Shown: positions 8,603-17,762 of the stretch, piece after piece | Layout of the letters: each line of letters opens with the position of its first letter | Numbering within the stretch: the first letter of the stretch is position 1 | NCBI GenBank assembly: GCA_028710695.1 | Contig: JAQTTP010000006.1 | Location: 1-32,000, forward strand | Direction: 5' to 3' | From: Candidatus Iainarchaeum sp. | GTDB taxonomy: Archaea > Iainarchaeota > Iainarchaeia > Iainarchaeales > 0-14-0-20-30-16 | DNA: 32,000 nucleotides | Translations under genes and position numbers: made by a program | Notes under the pieces: model-generated | Told to the model about the DNA's origin: nothing | Database searches by the model: none | What the model saw: the letters and a program-made list of their open reading frames with translations, nothing else

Positions 8603-9721
8603 TTAATTTGTATTATAGTCTACTAATTTGTTATCTTTTACAATTTGGAATTTGGGTTCTTTTGTAACTCCTCCAAACTCGTTAAATATTAAAGATCCCG
8701 ATTCTCCTTGATATGTTGTCAAGTTGTTTAGATATTTTTGTATTACTTCTGGATCTTCTGAGCCAGTTTCTTTAATTGCTTGTGCAATTAGCATAACTGC
8801 ATCATAAGAATTGTCAGAACTTTGATTTGCTTCCACGCCCCATTTTTTGTAAAAGTTTTCTTGGAACTTTTTGCTTGGAGTAAATGGGCTTATTACAATA
8901 GTTCCTTCTAGTGCACCTTTTGCATTATCTATTTTGTCTTGGTCAATTAAGACTACAAAGAAGGGAACATTTAGCCCAAGTTCTTTTGCTTGTTTTGCAA
9001 CAATAGACATTTGGGTGTATGCAGTTATTATTACTGCATCCGGTTTGGAATCTTTTATTTTTGCTATCTCTGTTGAAAAATCTAATTGATCTTGATTTGT
9101 TATAATAAACTCAGTTAATGTTCCACCAAATTCTGCAATGCCTTCTTTTCCTGCATTTGCTTGTTCTGTTTCCCAAATTTGTTTTGAGCCAATAATTGCA
9201 ATTTTGTTATATCCTTTATCTATCATGAACTTTGGTAAGTTCTTGGAATTTATTTTGTCATTTGGCCATAAATTGAAAGTATATTCACATTCTTTTTCTA
9301 ATTCATTTACACCCGCAGATGGAGAAATTAAAATCATTTTGTTTGCACAGGCCACAGGCGCTAAAGATCTTGCGGAAGTTGACCAGTTTGGGCCCATAAC
9401 TATATTAATACCTCTATGTTGTAAACTAGTCAATGCTTCTATTGCTTTTGTAGGATTATCTGTTCCATCATCTTCTGCAACTAGTTCAATTGTTTTTCCA
9501 TTTATTCCGCCGTTGATATTTAATTCATCTACTGCCATTTGGGCACCTTTTAAAGATTGGTCTCCTTGGAAGCTTCCAGCACCAGTAAGCATAAATATTG
9601 CCCCAATCTTTATTGTGTCTTTGTCTTGTGATAAACTAAATAACGGGGTTGTTGTGCTTACTATTGCTATCCCAATAATACAAACTAACAAAATCGTAAT
9701 TATTATTACCTTCTTATCCAT
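8603..9721 (-). CDS. Branched-chain amino acid-type (LivK-like, Peripla_BP_6) extracytoplasmic receptor, membrane-anchored
   Basis: N-terminal TM, then IKIGAIFMLTGAGSFQGDQSLKGAQMAVDELNINGGINGKTIELVAEDDGTDNPTKAIEA...; AAGGTGA Shine-Dalgarno-like sequence on the minus strand. Confidence 0.9.
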   Translation of the reverse strand: MDKKVIIITILLVCIIGIAIVSTTTPLFSLSQDKDTIKIGAIFMLTGAGSFQGDQSLKGAQMAVDELNINGGINGKTIELVAEDDGTDNPTKAIEALTSLQHRGINIVMGPNWSTSARSLAPVACANKMILISPSAGVNELEKECEYTFNLWPNDKINSKNLPKFMIDKGYNKIAIIGSKQIWETEQANAGKEGIAEFGGTLTEFIITNQDQLDFSTEIAKIKDSKPDAVIITAYTQMSIVAKQAKELGLNVPFFVVLIDQDKIDNAKGALEGTIVISPFTPSKKFQENFYKKWGVEANQSSDNSYDAVMLIAQAIKETGSEDPEVIQKYLNNLTTYQGESGSLIFNEFGGVTKEPKFQIVKDNKLVDYNTN

Positions 9722-9821
9722 AGAATCACCTTGCTGGTAACTCTGGATCGAATGGGCTACTTATGTATTGTTGTCCCCTTGGTGGGAAACAAATATAACT
9801 GTTTTGTAACTATGTTTAGGT

Positions 9822-10586
9822 ATGGAAACAAAAATTCTTTCAGAAATTGGGCTTACGCAGGGTGAAATAAAGGTTTATCTTGGGCTATTAAGAACAGGAT
9901 CAACTTCTACTGGGCCATTAGCGAAAGAGTCTGGAGTGTCAAGATCTAAGTTATATATTATTGTAGATAAATTAGAAAAGAAAGGATTTGCAAGTCACTT
10001 TGAAAAAAATGGTGTAAAGTATTTTCAAGCAGTGGAGCCAGAAAAAATTAATGATTATTTAAGTCAAAAAGAAGAAGACTTAAAAAAGTTGGGCAGAGAC
10101 TTTAATGCTTTTTTGCCAAAATTAAATGAGTTTTATGGAAAAACAAAAGAACAGCAAAATGTTGCAATCTATCAAGGGATAAAAGGATTAAAAGTTGCGC
10201 ACGAACATGTTTATTTGAAAGTTGGAAAAGGAGAAGAATATTTGTATTTGGGGATTCCGGCATACCAACCTTCGGAGCATCATAGATATTGGCAAAAAGA
10301 TCATCTGAGAAGGGCAAAAGTAGGAATAAAAACAAGAATGCTGTTTAACAGGGATGCGGATATAAAAACTCTAAAGAATAGAATGTCTTATGGGCTAGCA
10401 GATGCAAGATATATGCCTACTGATGTTATAACTCCTGCATATTTTTTGATTTACAAAGATACAGTAATGGTTGGTATTGCATCTTCGCAGCCAATAGCAA
10501 TAGAAATTATAAGCCCAGAGATTGCGGATTCTTTTAGATCTTACTTTGAAGCTTTTTGGAAGGAGTCTAAAAAGATTAGGAAATAA
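9822..10586 (+). CDS. TrmB-family transcriptional regulator (paralog 2)
   Basis: METKILSEIGLTQGEIKVYLGLLRTGSTSTGPLAKESGVSRSKLYIIVDKLEKKGFASH plus a C-terminal domain (YQGIKGLKVAHE...) matching paralog 1. Confidence 0.9.
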   Translation: METKILSEIGLTQGEIKVYLGLLRTGSTSTGPLAKESGVSRSKLYIIVDKLEKKGFASHFEKNGVKYFQAVEPEKINDYLSQKEEDLKKLGRDFNAFLPKLNEFYGKTKEQQNVAIYQGIKGLKVAHEHVYLKVGKGEEYLYLGIPAYQPSEHHRYWQKDHLRRAKVGIKTRMLFNRDADIKTLKNRMSYGLADARYMPTDVITPAYFLIYKDTVMVGIASSQPIAIEIISPEIADSFRSYFEAFWKESKKIRK

Positions 10587-10654
10587 TTAATCGCATTTAT
10601 CCCACCAAGAAACTATTTTCAAAAAATGAAAATATTTCTGGGCGTTACAAAAGT

Positions 10655-11404
10655 CTAAGGGCTTTTGTCCCACATGAATTGGAAGAACTTTCTATAGCCA
10701 TTTGCTAAAGATTTATTTTTCATTACAAACTGAACTGGAACTTCTTCCAAATATCCTGGTTGGGCCCCCACAAAAGTTACAACATAATCTCCAAAGACAT
10801 CTATTGCCGTGTTAGAAGAATATTCTTTTGGAAGAAATTTGTATGGCTTTCCTACCAAGCCCAAGATTTCTGGTTTCTGTTTTTTAATCTCATAATCAAA
10901 AAGATGCATAAACTTTATTCCTTGTTTTTTCCTTTTTTGCTCAAACTTAGCAATATGTATTCTTAAGCGAGGGTCTAGCCAAAAAGCCTTTGCACCAATA
11001 AAATAAACTGTTTCATTAGCTTCAAGAATATCATTTAAATAATTTTTGAATCCTTCAATGCCTTTGTATAAATAAGCTTCAGAACTTTCTTCAACTTTTG
11101 CATATTTTTTTTGGAGTTCTGGTATTATATTATTCAGGTTTGATTCTTTTTCTTGTAATAATTCCTGCAATCGCCGTGGATTTGTTGCACTGTAATGCTT
11201 GTTTCCACCAACAAAAACTTCAGAAACTAGTCCTTTTTCTATAAGTTTGTTTAATGTATCATAAGTATTTCGTCTGTGGACTCCAGACCTGTTAGAAATC
11301 TTTTCTACTGTTGTTTTTCCCATGGTTATCAGAGATTCATAGATTCTTGATTCGTTCTGACTTAGGCCGACTTGTCGTAGAATTTCTTCATACATACCTA
11401 ACAA
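10655..11404 (-). CDS. TrmB-family transcriptional regulator (paralog 3)
   Basis: EEILRQVGLSQNESRIYESLITMGKTTVEKISNRSGVHRRNTYDTLNKLIEKGLVSEV plus a C-terminal domain (YLYKGIEGFKNYL...). The start may be the internal ATG at 11395. Confidence 0.9.
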   Translation of the reverse strand: MLGMYEEILRQVGLSQNESRIYESLITMGKTTVEKISNRSGVHRRNTYDTLNKLIEKGLVSEVFVGGNKHYSATNPRRLQELLQEKESNLNNIIPELQKKYAKVEESSEAYLYKGIEGFKNYLNDILEANETVYFIGAKAFWLDPRLRIHIAKFEQKRKKQGIKFMHLFDYEIKKQKPEILGLVGKPYKFLPKEYSSNTAIDVFGDYVVTFVGAQPGYLEEVPVQFVMKNKSLANGYRKFFQFMWDKSP

Positions 11405-11439
11405 ATATACACAAATGTATTTAATTCTTGCTTATTTTG

Positions 11440-11453
11440 GTGGTAATCACCAC
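11440..11453. promoter_or_regulatory. Candidate operator palindrome GTGGTAATCACCAC
   Basis: Perfect 5-bp arms GTGGT/ACCAC in the spacer between TrmB-like paralog 3 and the divergent symporter operon, just upstream of CATAATATAA. Confidence 0.45.
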
Positions 11454-11491
11454 TCACATAATATAAGAAGTCATAAAATCACAAAGTAATT

Positions 11492-11650
11492 ATGAAGCAG
11501 AATAATTCAGAATTGCAAACAATCTCCTTTAGAGGAAACAGAGAAATCTGGCTTAGATTTGTGTATATCTCGAAGCTTAAGGGGGAAAAGAGAGTTTGGA
11601 ATGTTCTGAAAAAAATGATAAGTAAATACTTTGAGAGTGGTGAAATATGA
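11492..11650 (+). CDS. Small (52 aa) ribbon-helix-helix-like protein
   Basis: Not in the supplied ORF track (<60 aa). Translation: MKQNNSELQTISFRGNREIWLRFVYISKLKGEKRVWNVLKKMISKYFESGEI. It shows a beta-helix-helix pattern resembling RHH proteins, and its stop overlaps the next ATG (ATGA). Confidence 0.65.
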   Translation: MKQNNSELQTISFRGNREIWLRFVYISKLKGEKRVWNVLKKMISKYFESGEI

Positions 11651-13095
11651 CTTATATTAATCAAGGTTTGGGTTATGGATTAGTAATTGGATTTGGGTTA
11701 GTAATGTTTGCTATAACTTGGTTCTTTGCAAGATGGAAAGGATACAAAACAAAATTAGGATTTCTACTTGCTGGGCGAAATGTTGGCTGGATTTTGGGTG
11801 GTGCAACAATTGCTGCTTCTTGGATCTGGGCCCCAGCTTTATTTGTATCTTCACAAATGGCATATACAAAAGGGTTAGCAGGAATATTCTGGTTTACTGT
11901 GCCTAATGTTCTGGCATTAATATTATTTGCATTTTTCGCTCCCCAAATTAGGAAGAAATTTCCAGAAGGATATACACTTCCAGAGTATATAAAACATAAA
12001 TTGAAAAGTGAAAGTGTTCACAAAATTTATTTATTTCCATATTTTTTCTATCAATTAATGTCCGTGGCTGTGCAACTATTTGCTGGAAGCGCTTTGCTGT
12101 ATATGTTAACTGGAATAAATATTATTATTGGAATGATTTTAATATCTGTAATTGTTTTGGCTTACACATTAGTTTCTGGATTTGAAGCATCGGTTGTTAC
12201 AGATTTATTTCAATTGATATTGATTTATGTGCCAGGAATAATAATTGTAGTTTCTTTATTATCTAAATTTGGGTTTAGTGCAATTGTTCCGGGACTAAAT
12301 GGAATTGAAAGTACAGCGGGAATTTTTGATCCTTCTGTCGCATTTGCTTTTGGAATTGTAACAGCAATTGGACTAATTTCTGGCGCAATTTCAGACCAAC
12401 AATATTGGCAGAGATCTTTTGCAATAAAGAAAGATCAATTGAAGAAAGCATTTGTTTTTGGGGGAATATTATTTGGATTGGTTCCAATTGGATTGTCAAT
12501 ATTAGGATTCATAGCGGCAAATCCTGCAATGGGAATTAGTTTGCCCGCAGGGGTGGATGTATCTTTGATTGGTGTACAAACAGTTGCAACTCTGCTTCCA
12601 ACCTGGATTGTGGCTTTATTTGTATTATTACTTTTGGGGGGTTTATGTTCGACTTTTGATTCTGGATTGTCTGCAACAAGCTCATTGTTTACAATTGATG
12701 TTTTGAAGTCAAACGATGACAAGAAAAATTTGAAATATTCCAGGATAGCAATGGTTGGAATAACTGCGTTGGGGCTGTTGGTTGCGTTGGCTGCAAACTA
12801 TATTCCTGGATTTGGATTAAAGCACTTATGGTGGATATTTAACACAATTGCTGCATGTGTAGTTGTTCCAACTGTGCTTAGTTTGTATTGGGAAAAACTA
12901 AATGCAAAAGGAGTATTCTGGGGTGTATTGGTCTCATTTTTTGTTGGAATCCCTTTATTCATTTATGGAAATGTAATAAACAATGCTTACTGGATTGTAT
13001 TCTCATCTTTGGGGATTATAGCAATTAGCGCTTTGTTATGTGTTGTATTTTCGTTAATTAGAAAGAGTAAAATCCCGAATTATCTTTCTGGTTAA
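11647..13095 (+). CDS. Sodium:solute symporter family (SSS) protein
   Basis: 12-13 hydrophobic segments. FLLAGRNVGWILGGATIAASWIWAPALFVSSQMAY and GLCSTFDSGLSATSSLF match SSS-family Na+-site and helix patterns. Confidence 0.9.
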   Translation: MTYINQGLGYGLVIGFGLVMFAITWFFARWKGYKTKLGFLLAGRNVGWILGGATIAASWIWAPALFVSSQMAYTKGLAGIFWFTVPNVLALILFAFFAPQIRKKFPEGYTLPEYIKHKLKSESVHKIYLFPYFFYQLMSVAVQLFAGSALLYMLTGINIIIGMILISVIVLAYTLVSGFEASVVTDLFQLILIYVPGIIIVVSLLSKFGFSAIVPGLNGIESTAGIFDPSVAFAFGIVTAIGLISGAISDQQYWQRSFAIKKDQLKKAFVFGGILFGLVPIGLSILGFIAANPAMGISLPAGVDVSLIGVQTVATLLPTWIVALFVLLLLGGLCSTFDSGLSATSSLFTIDVLKSNDDKKNLKYSRIAMVGITALGLLVALAANYIPGFGLKHLWWIFNTIAACVVVPTVLSLYWEKLNAKGVFWGVLVSFFVGIPLFIYGNVINNAYWIVFSSLGIIAISALLCVVFSLIRKSKIPNYLSG

Positions 13096-13207
13096 TTTTA
13101 TGTGTAGATAGTTTACTTACTTTATACTATTGCATTATGAAGTTAACCAAAAATATTTTGTTATAATTCAGAAATATTTAACTGTATTTCCATTGTTTTG
13201 TTTTATT

Positions 13208-13930
13208 ATGAACAACCTTGTGTGTATGCCTACTGGCCCATTAATAGAAGAAATGATTGAAAAAGGAAAAATAGATTTGAAAAAAGTCTTTGGAAAATAT
13301 GATATAGATGGATTAGAAATAACTTTTGGTTATAAACATAGGATTTATGGATTCAAAATTGACAAAGAACAAGAAAAATGGCTTAAGGGTTTAAAGTATG
13401 TAAGTTTGCACGCGCCCTTTGGATTTGTTTCAAGATCTGAAAATAAAGAAGAAATAAAAAAACAAATGGATCTTTTACAAAAGATTTACAAACAAGTAAA
13501 TGCAAAAGCACTAATTCTACATCCGCATGAATGCCCATACGAATTATTAAAAAATTACAAAATGAATTATGCTCTTGAAAATATGCCTTTGAGACATTAT
13601 AGAAATAATAATAAAATAAATCAGGATATGTTAAAACAGAAATATGGGTTCTGCTTAGATACTGCCCATGCAAGTGATTTTGGAGAAAAAGAAATTGAAA
13701 AACTGTATAAAAAAATGAAAAAGAAATTAGTACAAATTCATTTGAGTGGGGTAATAAACAAAGAGCATCACCAAAGCTTGGTGGATTCACCTAAAGAATA
13801 TATTGACTCTTTAAAAGGTTTAAGGGAAACAAATGTGCCTCTTATTTTGGAAATAAACTTTACTGATTTAAGTGTAAGGGCAGTGAATAAGGAAATAAGA
13901 TTTGCAAGAAAAATGTTTAAAAAGTCATAA
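13208..13930 (+). CDS. Xylose isomerase-like TIM-barrel protein (sugar-phosphate isomerase / endonuclease IV fold)
   Basis: Contains LHAPFGFVS, ALILHPHE, YALENMP, FCLDTAHASDFG, LVQIHLSG, LILEINF. These metal-ligand-bearing strands are in the order expected for AP_endonuc_2-type barrels. The start is refined from the ORF at 13130. Confidence 0.78.
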   Translation: MNNLVCMPTGPLIEEMIEKGKIDLKKVFGKYDIDGLEITFGYKHRIYGFKIDKEQEKWLKGLKYVSLHAPFGFVSRSENKEEIKKQMDLLQKIYKQVNAKALILHPHECPYELLKNYKMNYALENMPLRHYRNNNKINQDMLKQKYGFCLDTAHASDFGEKEIEKLYKKMKKKLVQIHLSGVINKEHHQSLVDSPKEYIDSLKGLRETNVPLILEINFTDLSVRAVNKEIRFARKMFKKS

Positions 13931-13962
13931 AGCTTTATATTTTTAAACTGAGTTATTAATAT

Positions 13963-14805
13963 ATGCCTAAAAAGCCGTTTAAAGAAAGATTGCATCAATG
14001 GGCAGTAAGTGAACATGCAGTGAAGAAAAGCCCACGGCTTACTAAATTTTATAGAATCCATTTTTTGAAAGAACATGCTAAGTCCGCAGTAAATATGAAA
14101 AGGCTGGTTTTACAAACATTTCCAGATGTTTTTGGAAGTAGAAGAATAGGAAAACAAGATCACAGAATATTGGGGGTTGGCCAAAAAAGAGCAGTTTTAA
14201 GGCTGGGTTCATTAGTGGATTTGCACACTGGGGAAAAGAAACATCTTGCAGTAAAATTATTAAGGGTGAAGGATAAGGATGTAGAACTCCAAAAAAATGC
14301 AGAAGAAAGGGGTTTGGATCATCATGCTCTTAACGGTGTAAGAGATCATGCTGTTCTTGATGGGCATTATTTTTTTTATCGTGCTTCAGAAGATAATTAC
14401 TGGGCAGAAATTAGAACTTTGGGATTAGTTAGGGATTTGGGCATACCTGTAATTGAACACCCAAGTGTAATACTTTTAAATCCGGAAACAAGAGAGCACA
14501 TTATGGTAGTAGAAGATCTAACTGAGGGCGGAAAAAAAGAAGTAAGGGAATTATTTGGTATTGGCCCTAGAACTATTTCTAACCCTGCAGAACTAAAGAT
14601 GGAATTTGAAAAATATTTAGCAATACTTCAAAGAGAAACAAAAATAAGTTGGAGTGGGGCGCATGCTGGCGCAAAAGATCTAAGAGAAGAAATTGAAAGA
14701 AGCTTTTTTGTAGTTATTGATCCGGAAACAAGAGTAGGAAAGCTTGTGTTTGGAGACGGGGATCAGATAGAACCAAAAACCTATGATGATAAAAGAAAAT
14801 GGTAA
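13963..14805 (+). CDS. Conserved hypothetical protein with weak protein-kinase-like motifs
   Basis: 280-aa ORF. RAVLRLG...HLAVKLLRV, EHIMVVEDLTEGGKKEV and VGKLVFGDGDQIE are reminiscent of the beta3 Lys, hinge and DFG-like regions. No confident family assignment. Confidence 0.6.
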   Translation: MPKKPFKERLHQWAVSEHAVKKSPRLTKFYRIHFLKEHAKSAVNMKRLVLQTFPDVFGSRRIGKQDHRILGVGQKRAVLRLGSLVDLHTGEKKHLAVKLLRVKDKDVELQKNAEERGLDHHALNGVRDHAVLDGHYFFYRASEDNYWAEIRTLGLVRDLGIPVIEHPSVILLNPETREHIMVVEDLTEGGKKEVRELFGIGPRTISNPAELKMEFEKYLAILQRETKISWSGAHAGAKDLREEIERSFFVVIDPETRVGKLVFGDGDQIEPKTYDDKRKW

Positions 14806-14827
14806 TTAAAAAATAAAAAAAGAGATA

Positions 14828-16132
14828 TTAGCTGAACCAGCTAAGTATCCAAGCCCACAATCTTGCCCAAAAACCTTTTTCTGCTTCTTCGGATTCTGTT
14901 GTATCATTTGTGTTATTATCCTGGGCTGATTTTTGTTCTACTATTTTGTCAGAATCATTGTTATCTTGTGTGCTAATAAGATTCGGTTCTGCGCCTGTTG
15001 TAGTTGAATCAATTTGTTCTTGATCTTGTGTATTTGTATTGTCTGTGGAGTCATCCAGATCATCTGTTGTTTGTGATGAGCCACCAATAATAACTTCTGT
15101 AGAGTCTTTAGTTAGGATTTCTGTTCCGGAACTTAATGGTACTGATAACTCAAAAGAACACATAATTTTATCATCTGGATTACATCCTTGTTCAGCACAA
15201 TTGAAATATTTTTCACTTCCATTTTCTATAGGAACTAAATTTTTATACCATTTATAAATTCCAGTTGACTCTTCAATTGCTCCGGCGTCATATTTAACAT
15301 CACAAGTAAACTTTGTATCTTTATTTGCAACACTTGGAGTAATGTTTATTTCATTGATTTTTGGAATTAGCATATCAATATCTAAATCTGTGCAATCTGA
15401 TTCTAAATTATTTACTAAAGTTGTTGTAAATCCAACCTCTGCACAGAATTCTACGTTTTTTCCATTTGAATTCAAAAGTGATTTATTAATAAGATCTTTA
15501 ACATTTAGTGTTTCTGAAAAAATGTAATCTTCTGAAGCATTAATTGAGAAATTCTTTGTTAAAGTATTTAATTCTCCACCAGGCCAATAATTAATTTTTA
15601 TTGTTCCGGGGTAGCTTATTTCAGAATAATTTGTTAAAACAAGTTTTAAATTGATTTTTTTGCTTGTGTAATCTACACTCGAATTATTTAATGTATTTGT
15701 AATTTGTATTGGCATTTCAACATAAACTGATTTTGATAATTTACTTGGGCTTGATGTGTTGTTAAATAGTTCAACTATAAAACTGTTTATTCCTGTGCCA
15801 ATTCCATTTTTTAAAGTATAAGTTTCATAAATTGTTTTTTCTGATTTTGCATTTAAAAAGCCAGGAGATGTATCTGTTTTTTTAGGATCAAATCCCTCAA
15901 TGCTCATATAAATGTCTGGAATTGTAACTGCATAATCTGCATTGTTTTTTACTGTAAATTGAACAGTTAAAGCTTCATTCCAAGAAATTCCTGCTGCATC
16001 AGATTTTAATGTGTCGTGGCCCCAAATTTGTAAGCCTGAAATGCTTGTTTCAGTATAACCCAAAGGGTAATCTGAGAATGCAATGGATGTTAGCAAAGTA
16101 AGCAATATTAGAGTAAGTAAAAATTTCTTCAT
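14828..16132 (-). CDS. Secreted/cell-surface protein with signal peptide and CARDB-like beta-sandwich repeats
   Basis: N-terminal MKKFLLTLILLTLLTSIAFS signal. Repeated 'VQFTVKNNADYAVTIPDIYMS' and 'LKLVLTNYSEISYPGTIKI' segments, Asn/Ser/Thr-rich linker, aromatic C-terminal tail WARLWAWILSWFS. Confidence 0.75.
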   Translation of the reverse strand: MKKFLLTLILLTLLTSIAFSDYPLGYTETSISGLQIWGHDTLKSDAAGISWNEALTVQFTVKNNADYAVTIPDIYMSIEGFDPKKTDTSPGFLNAKSEKTIYETYTLKNGIGTGINSFIVELFNNTSSPSKLSKSVYVEMPIQITNTLNNSSVDYTSKKINLKLVLTNYSEISYPGTIKINYWPGGELNTLTKNFSINASEDYIFSETLNVKDLINKSLLNSNGKNVEFCAEVGFTTTLVNNLESDCTDLDIDMLIPKINEINITPSVANKDTKFTCDVKYDAGAIEESTGIYKWYKNLVPIENGSEKYFNCAEQGCNPDDKIMCSFELSVPLSSGTEILTKDSTEVIIGGSSQTTDDLDDSTDNTNTQDQEQIDSTTTGAEPNLISTQDNNDSDKIVEQKSAQDNNTNDTTESEEAEKGFWARLWAWILSWFS

Positions 16133-16226
16133 TATATATCACCAAAAAATAAAGGGCAATTACCTTTAAATTAGTTACTACATAAATCGCCTATACTTAT
16201 AATTATATATCTACTATGAATTAAAT

Positions 16227-17762
16227 ATGCAGACCGATATATCTACATCTCTGAACCTCGATGCTACTGTTGGGGTTGTTATCCAATATGCTCAAAAAAA
16301 AGATGTGATTATCGATAAGGATGCGGCTATTTTTCTATCCAAACAAGGGGATTACAAGGTTGTAATAGATTCTGCGTATAAAGATAAGGCTCCTTTTTTG
16401 GACTTAAAAAAGGCAGAAGAAATCTTGCAGAAATTGGGTTCTAGTGTTGAAATCGTATTTGAAAAGAAGGCAGATATGTCTAATCTTGAAGTAGTTGTAG
16501 AGAATAGGGCAAAAAGAAGAGAAGCAAAAGAATACACTTCTAAGATGAAAATGATGAAAGACACAGACATAACAAATAATACAACTGGGCAAGGAAAAGT
16601 TTCTGATTTTGTAGAATTTGTAAGAGATAGATATAATATTTTGTCTGGATTAATAAAAAAACATAATAACTTTTCCCCAGTGCAATCAAGCGGGATAAAA
16701 TATTCTGCTAAGGGTGTAGAAGTAGATGTAATTGGAATGGTATATGAAAAAAGAGATACCAAGACAGGAAATCTGATGGTAATTTTTGATGATAATAATG
16801 GATTCTTTACTGCAATTTTTGATAAGAATAAGCCTATTTATGCGCAAGCAAGAAAACTTTTAAATGATGATGTTGTAGGAATAAAAGGAGTAAAATTAGA
16901 TGAAAAATTAATTTATGCTTCGGAAATTATTTTCCCTGATATGCCAGTTGCAACACCTAAAAAAGCAGATATAGATTTAGATATTGTTTTTACCTCCGAT
17001 ATTCATATTGGGAGCAATGTATTTTTTGAAAAAGAGTTTAGTAATTTTATTGATTGGCTTGATAAAGGGGAAGATAGTAGTAAAATAAAATATTGTGTAA
17101 TTGCGGGTGACGGAGTAGATGGTATTGGTGTTTACCCTGGCCAAGATGAAGAGCTGGCAGTAAAAGATATTTACAAGCAATATGAAATTTTTTCTAATTA
17201 TGTTGAAAAGATTCCTGAACATATAGAAACTTTTATTATTCCTGGAAACCATGATGCAGTTAGAAGAGCAGATCCTCAGCCAGCAATACCAAGAGAATAT
17301 TTAAAAAAATTATATGGGATGAAAAATGTACATGTTTTGGGCTCTCCATCTATGGTGGAAATTGAAGGTTTAAAAATGCTGATGTATCATGGAAATTCAA
17401 TGAATGAATTACAGGCGAAATTAGGGATCCATTTTGAAGATCCGATTCCAGCAATGGAAGCTTATTTGCTAAGAAGAGATGTATGTACAATGTATGGTGG
17501 AAAGAACCCTGTATCTCCGGATAAAGGCGGAGTTTTACAGATAAAAGAAGAGCCAGATATTTTTGTTACCGGCCATTTACACTCAAATGGCTATGGGACC
17601 TATAAAAAAACAATGTTGATAAATCCTGGTGCTTGGCAAGCGCAGACATCATTTCAGAAACAACAAGGTCACATCCCTACCCCTGGAAGAGTGCCAGTAA
17701 TGAATATGAAAACAGGAAAAATATTGGAGAAGGTGTTCATAAATGAAGTTGCCAATATGTGA
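16227..17762 (+). CDS. polB: D-family DNA polymerase small subunit (DP1), 3'-5' exonuclease
   Basis: OB-fold region followed by MPP-type phosphoesterase motifs SDIHIGSNVFF, GDGVDG, IPGNHDAVRRADPQP, MYHGNSMNE, VTGHLHSNG, INPGAWQAQT. Confidence 0.96.
   Translation: MQTDISTSLNLDATVGVVIQYAQKKDVIIDKDAAIFLSKQGDYKVVIDSAYKDKAPFLDLKKAEEILQKLGSSVEIVFEKKADMSNLEVVVENRAKRREAKEYTSKMKMMKDTDITNNTTGQGKVSDFVEFVRDRYNILSGLIKKHNNFSPVQSSGIKYSAKGVEVDVIGMVYEKRDTKTGNLMVIFDDNNGFFTAIFDKNKPIYAQARKLLNDDVVGIKGVKLDEKLIYASEIIFPDMPVATPKKADIDLDIVFTSDIHIGSNVFFEKEFSNFIDWLDKGEDSSKIKYCVIAGDGVDGIGVYPGQDEELAVKDIYKQYEIFSNYVEKIPEHIETFIIPGNHDAVRRADPQPAIPREYLKKLYGMKNVHVLGSPSMVEIEGLKMLMYHGNSMNELQAKLGIHFEDPIPAMEAYLLRRDVCTMYGGKNPVSPDKGGVLQIKEEPDIFVTGHLHSNGYGTYKKTMLINPGAWQAQTSFQKQQGHIPTPGRVPVMNMKTGKILEKVFINEVANM

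Noticed and set aside
8871-9740. Plus-strand ORFs (72 aa and 200 aa) overlapping the LivK-like gene
   Set aside because: Fully antisense to a confidently assigned Peripla_BP_6 gene. The length is explained by codon-bias mirror reading.
13383-13790. 135-aa minus-strand ORF across the TIM-barrel gene
   Set aside because: Antisense shadow; the plus strand has conserved metal-ligand motifs.
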